IMG/VR virus record: IMGVR_UViG_3300040801_002079
Coordinates: 1 to 64,000 of that record
Reading direction: 5' to 3' (one strand)
Length of the DNA stretch: 64,000 nt
Below are positions 10,709-21,000 of the stretch, in pieces; the stretch's first letter is position 1, and each line of letters starts with the position of its first letter. Made by a program: the position numbers and the translations under genes. Below the pieces are notes generated by a model. That model ran no database searches. It saw only the letters and a program-made list of their open reading frames with translations, and was not told the DNA's origin.

Positions 10709-11041
10709 TTAAGAAGATTTCTTTAAAATAGTTTCGATAAGGTCGTTTGCCTTTTTGACCTCTTGTGAGGCAAGACACGCGGGGCCGCGCTGAAGATCAT
10801 CGATAATGTAAGCAAAATCGATTTGCGCATGATAAAGGGTATAATCAACCCCCTCATCATAAATGGCTGCGTTAGTCTTGCTATCACGCATAACGAAAGT
10901 GGCAAAGCGCTTGTTGTTCTTTTTCATATGATCCCAATATGCATTGGAAGCATTACGAAAAGCCTTGCGGAGACCACGAACAGCCTTCTGCACTTGTTCT
11001 TTCGTAAATGAGGACTCATTGGTTACTGTGTTATCAGACAT
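10709..11041 (-). CDS. Hypothetical protein (early-type)
   Basis: 110 aa ORF with AGGA RBS and consensus sigma70 promoter upstream. Confidence 0.6.
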   Translation of the reverse strand: MSDNTVTNESSFTKEQVQKAVRGLRKAFRNASNAYWDHMKKNNKRFATFVMRDSKTNAAIYDEGVDYTLYHAQIDFAYIIDDLQRGPACLASQEVKKANDLIETILKKSS

Positions 11042-11116
11042 AGTAATTTCCTATGAGTGCAGATTAAGAATCGAACCTGCTTCGATATGACAGTCCCCAT
11101 GACCATCACAGCGCCT

Positions 11117-11144
11117 ATTATACTGATATTTTATTTCATGTCAA
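11117..11144 (-). promoter_or_regulatory. sigma70-type promoter
   Basis: TTGACA-N16-TATAAT followed by GC-rich AGGCGC. Confidence 0.75.
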
Positions 11145-11190
11145 CCCTTGAATATAAATAATATTGAATTTATAGGCAGAGGAATACAAA

Positions 11191-12087
11191 ATGACCAAAT
11201 TATACTTCACACTTTATAAAATAACTAACTTAATAAACGGCAAATATTATATTGGAACTCATCGAACATATAATTTGAATGACTCATATATGGGATCAGG
11301 TCATATTATAAAACGGGCCATTAAAAAACATGGGGTATCAAATTTCAAAAAAGAAATATTGTTTGTATTTGATACTGAAGAAGAAATGTTCTATAAAGAG
11401 AAAGAAATAGTAAACGAAGAATTTATCAAAAATGATCAAACATATAATTTGCATATTGGTGGAAAGGGGGGATGGAATAAAAATATGGTATCAACCTCAT
11501 GTGGTAAACATGTACCAATACATGAATTTAAAAGTGGGGGATATAATGGTACATGTAAGTATAAAGTTCCAGTATTTAATACATTGGATGGAACGCATTT
11601 ACATGTGGACCAGAATGAATATTATAAAAATCCATATTTAAAACCAATTATGCACAAAAATGGAACCGTAAGTGTGGTGGATGATGATGGAAACTTTAAA
11701 AAAATTACAAAAGCGGAATATGAAGCATCTTCAAAATGGAAATCAATTACTACCAATAAAGTATCGGCTAAAACCCCTAGTGGGGAATTTATACAGGTTG
11801 ATAGGGATGAGTTTTTAAATACACCGGAGCTAGTTGGTGTAACACATGGTAAGAGTTATAAAACTAAAACATATAAAATATTTGATGCCAATGGGGTACA
11901 ACAGTATTATGTTAAGGATAAAAATTTTAGGGAATATCTTAGGATGAATAATCTACCCCCCGCATTTATTCATTCATACCGTTCAAATGGGACCCCAATA
12001 TACTTAAATCTGGGACCTAACAAGAAACGGTTAAAACAGCGAGGGTGGTTGAAATATAGTGGGTGGTATGCTATAATGTGTGAATAA
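11191..12087 (+). CDS. GIY-YIG (Seg-like) homing endonuclease
   Basis: TLYKITNLINGKYYIG...YMGSG...YNLHIGG; TATAAATA upstream. Confidence 0.85.
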   Translation: MTKLYFTLYKITNLINGKYYIGTHRTYNLNDSYMGSGHIIKRAIKKHGVSNFKKEILFVFDTEEEMFYKEKEIVNEEFIKNDQTYNLHIGGKGGWNKNMVSTSCGKHVPIHEFKSGGYNGTCKYKVPVFNTLDGTHLHVDQNEYYKNPYLKPIMHKNGTVSVVDDDGNFKKITKAEYEASSKWKSITTNKVSAKTPSGEFIQVDRDEFLNTPELVGVTHGKSYKTKTYKIFDANGVQQYYVKDKNFREYLRMNNLPPAFIHSYRSNGTPIYLNLGPNKKRLKQRGWLKYSGWYAIMCE

Positions 12088-12109
12088 ATTGTAGTACACG
12101 GGGAAAAAT

Positions 12110-13099
12110 ATGTATAAATTTTCATCAATTGGTAGATTTAGAAACGCATTCAACTGTGTTCATCGGTTTTGTAATGAAACTGGAAAATCGGTTCCGGTAT
12201 ATGATTATATTGGGACAGTAAAACTGCATGGCACGAATGCGGGAATAAGAAGAACTCCGAGCGGAAAACTTGTCCCTCAGTCTCGTAATAGAATCCTAGA
12301 CACAACTAGTGATAATTACGGGTTTGCAGAATTTGTAAAACAACGGGAAAATGAGGTTCATCGCATATTTGATAGTATAAAGGGGTTGGATAATGATACC
12401 ACAATAACCATTTTTGGAGAATTTTGTGGAGGCAGCATCCAATCTAATGTTGCCCTCTCGCAATTATCCCCACACTTTGTTTTATTTAACGTTAAGTTTG
12501 ACGGTGAATATAATGAGTTGTGGTACCCGTTTCCGGTTGAACTGCAAGCAAACGATGTTGATATTTACAATATCTTCCAGATTCCACATTATGAAGTTAG
12601 TGTAGACTTTTCAGCACCTGATGCCGCAATTCATGAAATCAATGAATTAACCGATGCAGTTGAAAAGCAGTGCCCGTGGGGTAAATTCATGGGCGTTGAT
12701 GGAATTGGTGAAGGTATCGTTTGGGTGCCTAAGTCAAACCCATCAATCTCTGATCTTTGGTTCAAAACCAAGGGTGGAAAGCACTCTGGTAAGCCAAAGG
12801 TTAAGGGAATCAGAGCTAAAGTTGATGTTGAAACAGCAAACTCTATTGCTGAATGCATGAAGTTGGTTCTGCCCGAATGGAGACTGCAACAGGGTATCGA
12901 ATACTTGAAAGAAAACTACTACGATATGGATCACAGTTCCATCGGTCCATACTTGAAGTGGATCAGTCAGGATATCCTGAAAGAAGAAATTGATACGATA
13001 ACTGAAAATGGGTTGGAATGGAAAGACATGCACCGTCCAATTAACAAACGTGCACGTAACTACATTCTGGACGTTATCGAAAACGATTTCAGTGTGTAA
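12110..13099 (+). CDS. RNA ligase, Rnl2-like family
   Basis: Motif I KLHGTN, SRNR, IFGEFCG, GEGIVW, FKTK. Confidence 0.85.
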   Translation: MYKFSSIGRFRNAFNCVHRFCNETGKSVPVYDYIGTVKLHGTNAGIRRTPSGKLVPQSRNRILDTTSDNYGFAEFVKQRENEVHRIFDSIKGLDNDTTITIFGEFCGGSIQSNVALSQLSPHFVLFNVKFDGEYNELWYPFPVELQANDVDIYNIFQIPHYEVSVDFSAPDAAIHEINELTDAVEKQCPWGKFMGVDGIGEGIVWVPKSNPSISDLWFKTKGGKHSGKPKVKGIRAKVDVETANSIAECMKLVLPEWRLQQGIEYLKENYYDMDHSSIGPYLKWISQDILKEEIDTITENGLEWKDMHRPINKRARNYILDVIENDFSV

Positions 13100-13114
13100 T
13101 GGTATGGAGGGGAG

Positions 13115-14206
13115 TTATCCCCTCCAGTATCTTGACAACACTGGGTCTCTAACCTGATGTGGTCTAGGTGGCCCATGAAAACAAATGATTTTAGATTCCG
13201 GGGGTATCTCAATCACCCCGCCATTTTTAACACAATCTTTTTTATATGAAACCACCTGTTTGGGATATAGGTCCTGAACATAATCCATGTTCTTTCCCAA
13301 AACCCCACCAATAAACTCTTGATCGCCAAAGCGATTGTTGTTCATGTTAGCAGTGGGGTTTTCCATGAACCGCTCATAAATTTGAAATAGTTTTGGGTTA
13401 TCATTCTTCCAGCACATTAGCCCGCTGCCAAGACCGTATTGATGGTAAAAGTCTCTAAGGCCAAAGAATTCTCCCCCATACTTTATAATGTCATCAATGT
13501 TGCGCAAAATTATGGTGTCTAAATCGACATAAAATATTTTAGATGTATTGAATTTTCCGGGCTTGAAAAGCTCTATTTTTCCCCACCACTTGGGTAAATC
13601 AGAGTCAAATTGCATGATTTGATGAACATTCCCACAAAACCCATCAGACAAGTCTGTTAAGCAAACAAATTTATATGGGAGGGTAACGTTTTCTTTAATT
13701 GAATTTGCAATGTGGTTAACATAATCTACAGTATAATCTCCCCCACTTTTTAGCACAGTGGCGATTGTTACTGAATTCTCGTTAAGTGGGTGCATTGCTT
13801 TCTTTTCTGGATCAAAACATTTAACGATAAGGTTATGTTCTCTTTTGCCATTCAACAGCATCTGTCTAGCTTCTGTTATATTTGGAGATTTAGCCTTAAG
13901 AAATTTAGTTATTATTCGATCTGACGGAAGTCCGGTTTTTCCATAGGATGAGAAAAATATAGTCCCACCATAGGAGACTCTTTCCCATGCTTTTTCCAAA
14001 ACAGGTTCGGTAAGTGTTTTACTGTTTAAAAATATAAGACAATAGGTAGTATCATCCTCTATAGATGTGTGTACCACTCTAGCGGAAGCCGAACTGATGG
14101 TTTCCATATTTTTAAACGCAGCAGCATGGTCCAGATTTATTAAGCACACTTCGCCCTCATATCGCAAAGCATCATTTAAATGGTTGTTTAATCTCCAGAG
14201 GTTCAT
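13115..14206 (-). CDS. GT-A glycosyltransferase (GT8-like) with degenerate methyltransferase-like N-terminus
   Basis: FVCLTD, WWGKIELF, YVDLD (DxD), GDQEFI, CFHGPPRP. Confidence 0.8.
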   Translation of the reverse strand: MNLWRLNNHLNDALRYEGEVCLINLDHAAAFKNMETISSASARVVHTSIEDDTTYCLIFLNSKTLTEPVLEKAWERVSYGGTIFFSSYGKTGLPSDRIITKFLKAKSPNITEARQMLLNGKREHNLIVKCFDPEKKAMHPLNENSVTIATVLKSGGDYTVDYVNHIANSIKENVTLPYKFVCLTDLSDGFCGNVHQIMQFDSDLPKWWGKIELFKPGKFNTSKIFYVDLDTIILRNIDDIIKYGGEFFGLRDFYHQYGLGSGLMCWKNDNPKLFQIYERFMENPTANMNNNRFGDQEFIGGVLGKNMDYVQDLYPKQVVSYKKDCVKNGGVIEIPPESKIICFHGPPRPHQVRDPVLSRYWRG

Positions 14207-14841
14207 TTTAGAAATTCCTGTAACGCATAATGTGGAGTATAACGAGGAAACGATGTCACTGAACTATTGGGACTCCCGTTTATAACCGTTATACCAGCAT
14301 CTCGTAATTGCGGAACTGCCCCTTCAAATAAATCCGGTAGGTGATCCAGAGCATTATTGGTTCGGGTGGTCGTGTAGTAATATCCAATATCCCCATCAAT
14401 GCCCAATAGTAATATTTTTTCAGGTCTCATATGATAAGCCAAGCCTAGTGCTCCATAACCTGAATTTCCTGTATGTATAGTTGTAGGGTCTTCAGATAGC
14501 CCATCCCCATGAACCCGTCTTAAGTATTTAATATCGGCGGTAGGCTTGATTCTATGGTTTCGTATTTTTGATTCTGGTGTTGCAAAATCTTCAGGCACCG
14601 CAGCATAAAGCTGACCCTTAAATCGATGTCCCGGAAGTTGAGGACCATATAGTCCCCATGGATCAAGAGTGAACCACGCATCAGCAAATGGTGCATGTTT
14701 CCCTGATTCGTTTATGGTTATAATGAAACAATCTTCGCGGTGCAGTAAGCCAAAACTGAACCCATTAAGACTGCGCCCCCCTCCAATTATAACAATTCTT
14801 TTAGTATGCACTATGGGGGAAATCATCGAATATGAAATCAC
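14203..14841 (-). CDS. Glycosyltransferase-like protein (Maf/DUF115/sialyltransferase-type fold)
   Basis: IIGGGRSL, ITINES, GNSGYGALGLAYHM...ILLLGID, VINGS. Confidence 0.65.
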   Translation of the reverse strand: MISYSMISPIVHTKRIVIIGGGRSLNGFSFGLLHREDCFIITINESGKHAPFADAWFTLDPWGLYGPQLPGHRFKGQLYAAVPEDFATPESKIRNHRIKPTADIKYLRRVHGDGLSEDPTTIHTGNSGYGALGLAYHMRPEKILLLGIDGDIGYYYTTTRTNNALDHLPDLFEGAVPQLRDAGITVINGSPNSSVTSFPRYTPHYALQEFLK

Positions 14842-15488
14842 TTCATTAAGCCCTTTACATTTTTCTTTTTAAAGCACGTTATCGCACTCGTTCGAGAACA
14901 GTTTATAACTTCAGTGCCAATTCTGCGTTTTTTAAGTTCTTTATTTAATGCTTCAATTGATGGAATGAATAACCGGGAGTATGTGTCGTGTCGAATAACA
15001 ACCTGATGAGCATCATGCCAATGTGTTGTCCCTCTTGAAAGAGGATCATCCCTCATGTCAAACCCTATTAAGTACACCCGCTTAGCTCCAAGGTTTACAG
15101 CGAAATTTAAAGCTTGTGTACCCCCATTGTTCCCCATAACATTATCAATGTTGGGATCATAGCCATACTCTCCTGTTCTATTTAATATAGTCGATCCTGC
15201 TGGCCCTGTTATATCCTTTTTAATATGAGTTTCAGCATATGTTCGAGGATGGAATCTTAACTCACATTCGTGTTTTTGTAATCCATCCATCTCTCTCCCA
15301 CACCATGAGTTATCGCACCAAAATAATGCAGTAGCGTTAGGTAATATTTTATATGAATCGTTAATGGCAATGGTAACCCTGTCTGTTAAAAAATCAAGAT
15401 TAACCTCACGAACACTATATCCCCCGCCAACTATAAATATATCTTGACCGAAGGACTTATCGTACATTTTTTGAATTTGTTGTCGCAT
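14838..15488 (-). CDS. Glycosyltransferase-like protein, paralog of 14203..14841
   Basis: IVGGGYS, IAINDS, GNNGGTQALNFA...VYLIGFD, VINCS; start trimmed to MRQQIQK. Confidence 0.65.
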   Translation of the reverse strand: MRQQIQKMYDKSFGQDIFIVGGGYSVREVNLDFLTDRVTIAINDSYKILPNATALFWCDNSWCGREMDGLQKHECELRFHPRTYAETHIKKDITGPAGSTILNRTGEYGYDPNIDNVMGNNGGTQALNFAVNLGAKRVYLIGFDMRDDPLSRGTTHWHDAHQVVIRHDTYSRLFIPSIEALNKELKKRRIGTEVINCSRTSAITCFKKKNVKGLMK

Positions 15489-15538
15489 AATAATTTTTGG
15501 TTTATTTTTATGAAAATATTTATAGGAAATAATAATAA

Positions 15539-16045
15539 ATGATTCCAACAATAGCAAATGAATGCTCACAGTTTATATCCGAATCTGACGGCAAATATTT
15601 AGTAAAAAATCTGCCAGTATCTTATCAGGGATTCTCAAAAGTAAAGGTACGCTTCAAAAAGCAGACTACAGACTTTATTGAAAACTTCAATGAAGCATTT
15701 AAAAATAAAAGTCATGACCTTCACCAGAGGGCAATTTTTGCCTATACCGATATTTCATTGCTGACAGAGAATCGGCAGCAAGAGCCGTTTTACATATTTC
15801 CAATAAATGGGTACAAAGTTTTATTCAATCCACTGGTTCAGAATTCAGAAAATGATTTTCAATCATATGAAGACCTTTCAATTGATGGCGATATAATTAC
15901 AGATCAACTTAAAATTTCATACGAAGCTGGCTCATTATGTGAGGCAATGGATTCCAACTGTGAAGTAGTTCTATACGGTATAAAATACTATTACGCTATA
16001 CGATCATCCCTCATAAGCGATTATAAACTATTCTTTAGCGAATAG
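15539..16045 (+). CDS. Hypothetical protein
   Basis: 168 aa ORF, no motif recognised. Confidence 0.55.
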   Translation: MIPTIANECSQFISESDGKYLVKNLPVSYQGFSKVKVRFKKQTTDFIENFNEAFKNKSHDLHQRAIFAYTDISLLTENRQQEPFYIFPINGYKVLFNPLVQNSENDFQSYEDLSIDGDIITDQLKISYEAGSLCEAMDSNCEVVLYGIKYYYAIRSSLISDYKLFFSE

Positions 16046-16097
16046 AACATTGGTTTTCCAATAAATACGTTAAGATATTAACGTTAAAGGTAAAACA

Positions 16098-16583
16098 ATG
16101 AAACTCACAGAGCTTTTTCTTTCTAATTCCGACGAACAACTACTAATAGAAATGCCTTATGAGGAGGCTAAAGTTGTTCAGTATGTAATGAACCACGTTA
16201 TGCGAAAATATATGAAACTTAGCTTTGATATGTCCGGACATATGGAAAAGAGAGTTTTACCCTATGAAGATGAAAGACGAAAACAGCTTAAACATGATGA
16301 TGTGGAGAAGGATAAACCGCGAGAAGAGGATATAACAAAAGAGGAGCTTTTTACCATATTCAATAAAGTTGTAAAAAATGATGAAAATCGTCAAAAAATA
16401 TTAAAGCATCGGGGAAAGGGGAAAGAAATTGAAGGCACCATAAAAGACCATGAAACGAACATTAATATTGTGTTTAAAGTTGCGTATCAACACAAAACCC
16501 AATTTCCTGTATTCCGAATAATAACTCTCATGAGAAAGAAAGGGTTTGTTCCAAAAAGGGGGGATATTGTAATCAATGTCTGA
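16098..16583 (+). CDS. Hypothetical late protein with capsid-targeting-like N-terminus
   Basis: AATAAATA upstream; starts MKLTELF...LLIE. Confidence 0.55.
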   Translation: MKLTELFLSNSDEQLLIEMPYEEAKVVQYVMNHVMRKYMKLSFDMSGHMEKRVLPYEDERRKQLKHDDVEKDKPREEDITKEELFTIFNKVVKNDENRQKILKHRGKGKEIEGTIKDHETNINIVFKVAYQHKTQFPVFRIITLMRKKGFVPKRGDIVINV

Positions 16584-17199
16584 ACTTTTTTACAAATATA
16601 ATCCCGGTGACATTGTTTGGATACGACACGATGGTGAAGTAAAAAAATGTACAGTGTGTCGGGCGGTATTTGAAGTTGACCCGTCATTATCGGGCGTAAC
16701 AGAAGAGAAAGATTATCACCTTGATATAGTGGGCGATAATACATCCAAGATCGTAATTCGGGCCGAGCCTGATGTGTATGAAACAGCATTAGATGCCATA
16801 GAAAAAAATTCACCAACAAATCCATTAAAGTCAATAACTTATGATTTTGATGTTAACTCGACTGCTTGGTCTTACACTGGTGAATATATAGACTTTGAGG
16901 CAACAGTAACACAGATAACAATCAATCTGGTCGAATCGAAAATTGAAATTTTATATCATCTATTAGCTACAAATGGGGAATATAGAACATTAATCCACGA
17001 TAGTGACATTGTTTTTGCAACCCAACAAGAAGCACTGGATGCTATAGCCGCAATCATTACTCCAACCCCAACTATGACCGCAACCCCAACATTGACTCCC
17101 ACAGAAACTCCGGAGATTACACCAACAATAACACCAACAATAATGCCATCACAAACCGTAACGCCCAATCCAACTGTAACGCCAACACAATCGGGATAA
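16576..17199 (+). CDS. Protein with two SH3/KOW-like repeats and Thr/Pro tail
   Basis: YKYNPGDIVWI and YDFDVNSTAWSY repeats; TPT tail. Confidence 0.6.
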   Translation: MSELFYKYNPGDIVWIRHDGEVKKCTVCRAVFEVDPSLSGVTEEKDYHLDIVGDNTSKIVIRAEPDVYETALDAIEKNSPTNPLKSITYDFDVNSTAWSYTGEYIDFEATVTQITINLVESKIEILYHLLATNGEYRTLIHDSDIVFATQQEALDAIAAIITPTPTMTATPTLTPTETPEITPTITPTIMPSQTVTPNPTVTPTQSG

Positions 17200-17202
17200 G
17201 CA

Positions 17203-17979
17203 ATGCATATTGTAAACTACAATTATCAAGCAGGGGACCGAGTTTGGATATCAGTTGATGATAATTCAATGGAGTGTGTTGTCTGTAAGGTTTACATAGA
17301 AGTTGATCCTGATGAAGTTGAAACAAAGATAGAAAGAAAAACTTATCATCTGGCGAATGTGAATGGATCATCTGTTGTGTATATTCGTGATGAGTCTGAG
17401 GTTTTTCAATCTTTAACTGATGCACTTGATTATATTGATGATCCAACACTGACTGCACCAGAAACAACAAATTACAGCTTTGTATATAACTATGATGTTG
17501 GTCAAACCGTATGGACATATGATGGGCATGAACCACTAGAAAGTACAGTCCTGCAAATAAGTATATACAACGAAAGAACAGATGGAGTAACCTCGAATAA
17601 TTTGGTATATCACACACTGCCCGTTAGTGAAGATTATAAAACACTGTTAAAAGAAGAGCCTGACATATTTCCAACATATGAAAAGGTTATGGAATATATA
17701 ACTGCGGTTGTATTGGAAGTAACGTTAACCCCAACGGTTACTGCGACACAAACCGTAACACCAAACCCAACCGTGACTCCAACATTGACCCCCACACTAA
17801 CTGTAACCCCAACACTTACATTAACACCAACACTTACAATGACTCCAACCATAACTCCAACCATAACTCCAACCATAACCCCGACATCTACATTAATGTT
17901 AGAAGGAGAGGATATATGGAGTATAGAGGATGAGGATATTCTAATGTTTGCAAACGGGGATATAGCTAAATATGTTTAA
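17203..17979 (+). CDS. Paralog of 16576..17199 with Thr/Pro stalk and acidic C-terminal tip
   Basis: YNYQAGDRVWI and YNYDVGQTVWTY repeats; TPT stalk; LMLEGEDIWSIEDEDIL. Confidence 0.6.
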   Translation: MHIVNYNYQAGDRVWISVDDNSMECVVCKVYIEVDPDEVETKIERKTYHLANVNGSSVVYIRDESEVFQSLTDALDYIDDPTLTAPETTNYSFVYNYDVGQTVWTYDGHEPLESTVLQISIYNERTDGVTSNNLVYHTLPVSEDYKTLLKEEPDIFPTYEKVMEYITAVVLEVTLTPTVTATQTVTPNPTVTPTLTPTLTVTPTLTLTPTLTMTPTITPTITPTITPTSTLMLEGEDIWSIEDEDILMFANGDIAKYV

Positions 17980-18007
17980 CAATACTACCTTATAGAGGAA
18001 TGATGTA

Positions 18008-21000
18008 ATGGCGCTTAAAAAGATTACAGAATTAAATGGGGGCATCCCCCTTACAGAGATAACTGACACAGACGTTCTGTACATATCGAATCAAGCAGGT
18101 ACGCTGGACGGTGCCGTAACGCTTTCGACTCTGCGGGACGAGGTACTTGATAAAACCGCGCTGGTCTTATCAAGCGATTCGACTGCTAGTGCAGAAACCC
18201 CTTTCACGTTTTCTGCTCCCAATGCAGTGGTGAGTAACGCACTTACGTTGGTGCAGTTTGAGTCGCAAACAGGTGCGAAACTTAGGGTGCGGACTGATGG
18301 CGCGTTTGAGATGGGGAACCTTGATAATGGGCACTCCACGCTTACTGTATCGTCTGGCACTATTAGTAGGTCTGTGCCTGATGATGGGAATCTCGCTGGA
18401 TCAGTAATCCTACAAGGTGGGGCACCCGGAACCTCAGGGTTTACTTCGGTACACCCGGATGCTGGAGGAGTTGAACTCAAGGGTGGTAATGGCGCTGTGT
18501 TTGCACAAGGGGCAGGTGGCCCGATTTCGTTACAGGGAGGTCAAGGTTTTGGTAGTGGAAATGGGGGCGACATTACTCTTACTGGGGGGATTGGCTCTGG
18601 CAGTAGAGGAGGGTCAATAAGTCTTATAGGTGGAAGAGATCAAGGTTCTGGAGCCGGTGGTAATGTGCAAATTAGAGGGGGGTCTGGAGACACATTGGGA
18701 ACAATTCAATTTATCAACCCATCCGATTCCTCGGTGATGCTTCAATTAGCCGATGATTATATTTTTGAAAATCCTATAGAAATATCAATTGATGATATGG
18801 GGACTTATAAAATATTTGGAGGATTTAAAGTAACCCTCCCCTCTGCTGTACAACCCTATTACGGTCAATATGCTCAAGCTGGAATGACTGGGCAAGGATT
18901 TATGGTACAATATCCTGAATATACATACCCCTTAGCTCCATCACTAGGTAGTTTTGATCTAAAAACTGTTCTTACTGGGGATAGTGTGCAAATGCTTCAG
19001 AATAATAGTATCGGATTATTTTTATTTCGAGGGATTGATTATAGTACATCCACAGAATATCCCGGATTTTCAATAGGTAGTGTGCAAGGCCCGAAAGAAA
19101 ACTTCCACATAGGAAACACGACAGTTGAGTCCACGTTTAACTTATATTTGGGCGGATTGGACCACACTCTCGGTGGCTATAACCCGCAAACCATTACGAT
19201 TTCACCAACCCATGGGGGGTTATGGGAGGTTGATCAAGGCAATACTTCAGGATCAGATATGGTTATTAAGGGTGGTGATGCGTATGATTCAGGAGCTACA
19301 GACCGGGATGGCGGTAATTTAATTTTAAGTTCCGGCAATGCTTGGAACTATGGATCATCCGGGGATGTATCAATTATTACAGGAACACGAACCATTGGCG
19401 GTCCATCAGATTTCTTTGGGCAAATAGAAGTTTTCTTTGGGCAAATAGACGGTTCGAGTATATCACTTACTGCGGGTGACGGGTATGCCCCTAATGCTGG
19501 CGGAGCCGCTGGTGGTGATATAAATATTACCGCTGGTGATGCTGGTGGTTATGGTCTTGGGTCCGATGGCGGCAATATAATTCTTACTGCGGGTGATCGT
19601 TCAGGAATTGGAGGAATATGGGGACATATATATCTAGATGGTGATATTACTGCTCCAGCCGGAATTATAAATTTTAGAAATGGAGCACAGGATCATACAC
19701 TAAGAATTTACAATGATCACAACCCTGATCTTGGTAATCCGGGCACATACACTGAAATACATGGAAACGGTTTAATTAGATCAACTGATGATATTAATAT
19801 ATCTCCAAGCTCTCCCCAGACCGGTGATGGTAAAGATGTAAATTTAACAGCGTCTCATGGACAGCTAGGCGGAAATGGGGGTGGTGTAAACATCACCGCT
19901 GGTGATGGTAATGGATCGGGAACGGGGGGAGATGTTAACATCAGAGGCGGAACCGGAAACACTCCGGGTAAAGTAAATGTACTGGGCGAACTAACTTCAA
20001 ATTCGATAATATTTAATGAGCAAGCATCCGCTGGAGCTATATCAGCGGGAGAAATGAAGTTATGGGCTAGAAACGACACACCAAATTCACTTATTCTAAC
20101 TAATGATGAGGGCATCGATACTGTTATAGGAGATTCCACATCTAATGCTTCCATTGTCGATTATACAGTATACACGGTTGGCACTGGTCAAGATTTTGAA
20201 ACGTTAATGGATGCAATTTCTTGGTTACAGGAACAAACGTTTTCTGGTGGCGGTCATGTGGAACTTCGACTAAACACAGGCACCCATGTCATAGCTCCAA
20301 TTGTTGGAGAAGAAGACAGATATGACTGGTATTACGCAGTGGGCGCGTTCACCAATGCCGTTATTACAATTAGGGGTGTAAGTTCAGCCACTACCACGAT
20401 AGCGTGGGACTCAACCGATCCAGATAATGATGGATATGATCTATTCTCATTCCTTAATTCGTATGTGAAGTTTAGTAACCTAACCATTGATACATATGGT
20501 GATGGATTTTCGGATTATGAAAAATATATAAACCACGAGGAGGGGTTTGTATTTTATCATAATTGCGTGATAAAAAATGCTTTGATGTATGTATCTGGAA
20601 CGAATATGTTTTTAATGAACACATCATTTGACTCGGCACCCATCTCATTAAATCGTGCAACCGTTAGTGTATCAGACTATAGTACCTTTTTAAGATTTGA
20701 AAATTGGACCGGTTCAGGACCAGCGTTGTCAGTAACTAAGGGAACAACATTTACTTGTACACCTCATGTAATTACATTTACGAATAATACCACTGACACA
20801 AATATACCAATAAACGAAATACAACCGGAAGGGGAATATATTACCGATGGAAACTTAGGTATATTACAAGAGAATCAAATTCTTAAAGGAGATGTAACTA
20901 GAACGCTAGCCCCAACGGGAGGAGATTTCTCAACATTAACCGAATTCTTTGATTGGTTAGATGTTTCCCACTTCGAAAATGCGGATGTTAGATTGGATGT

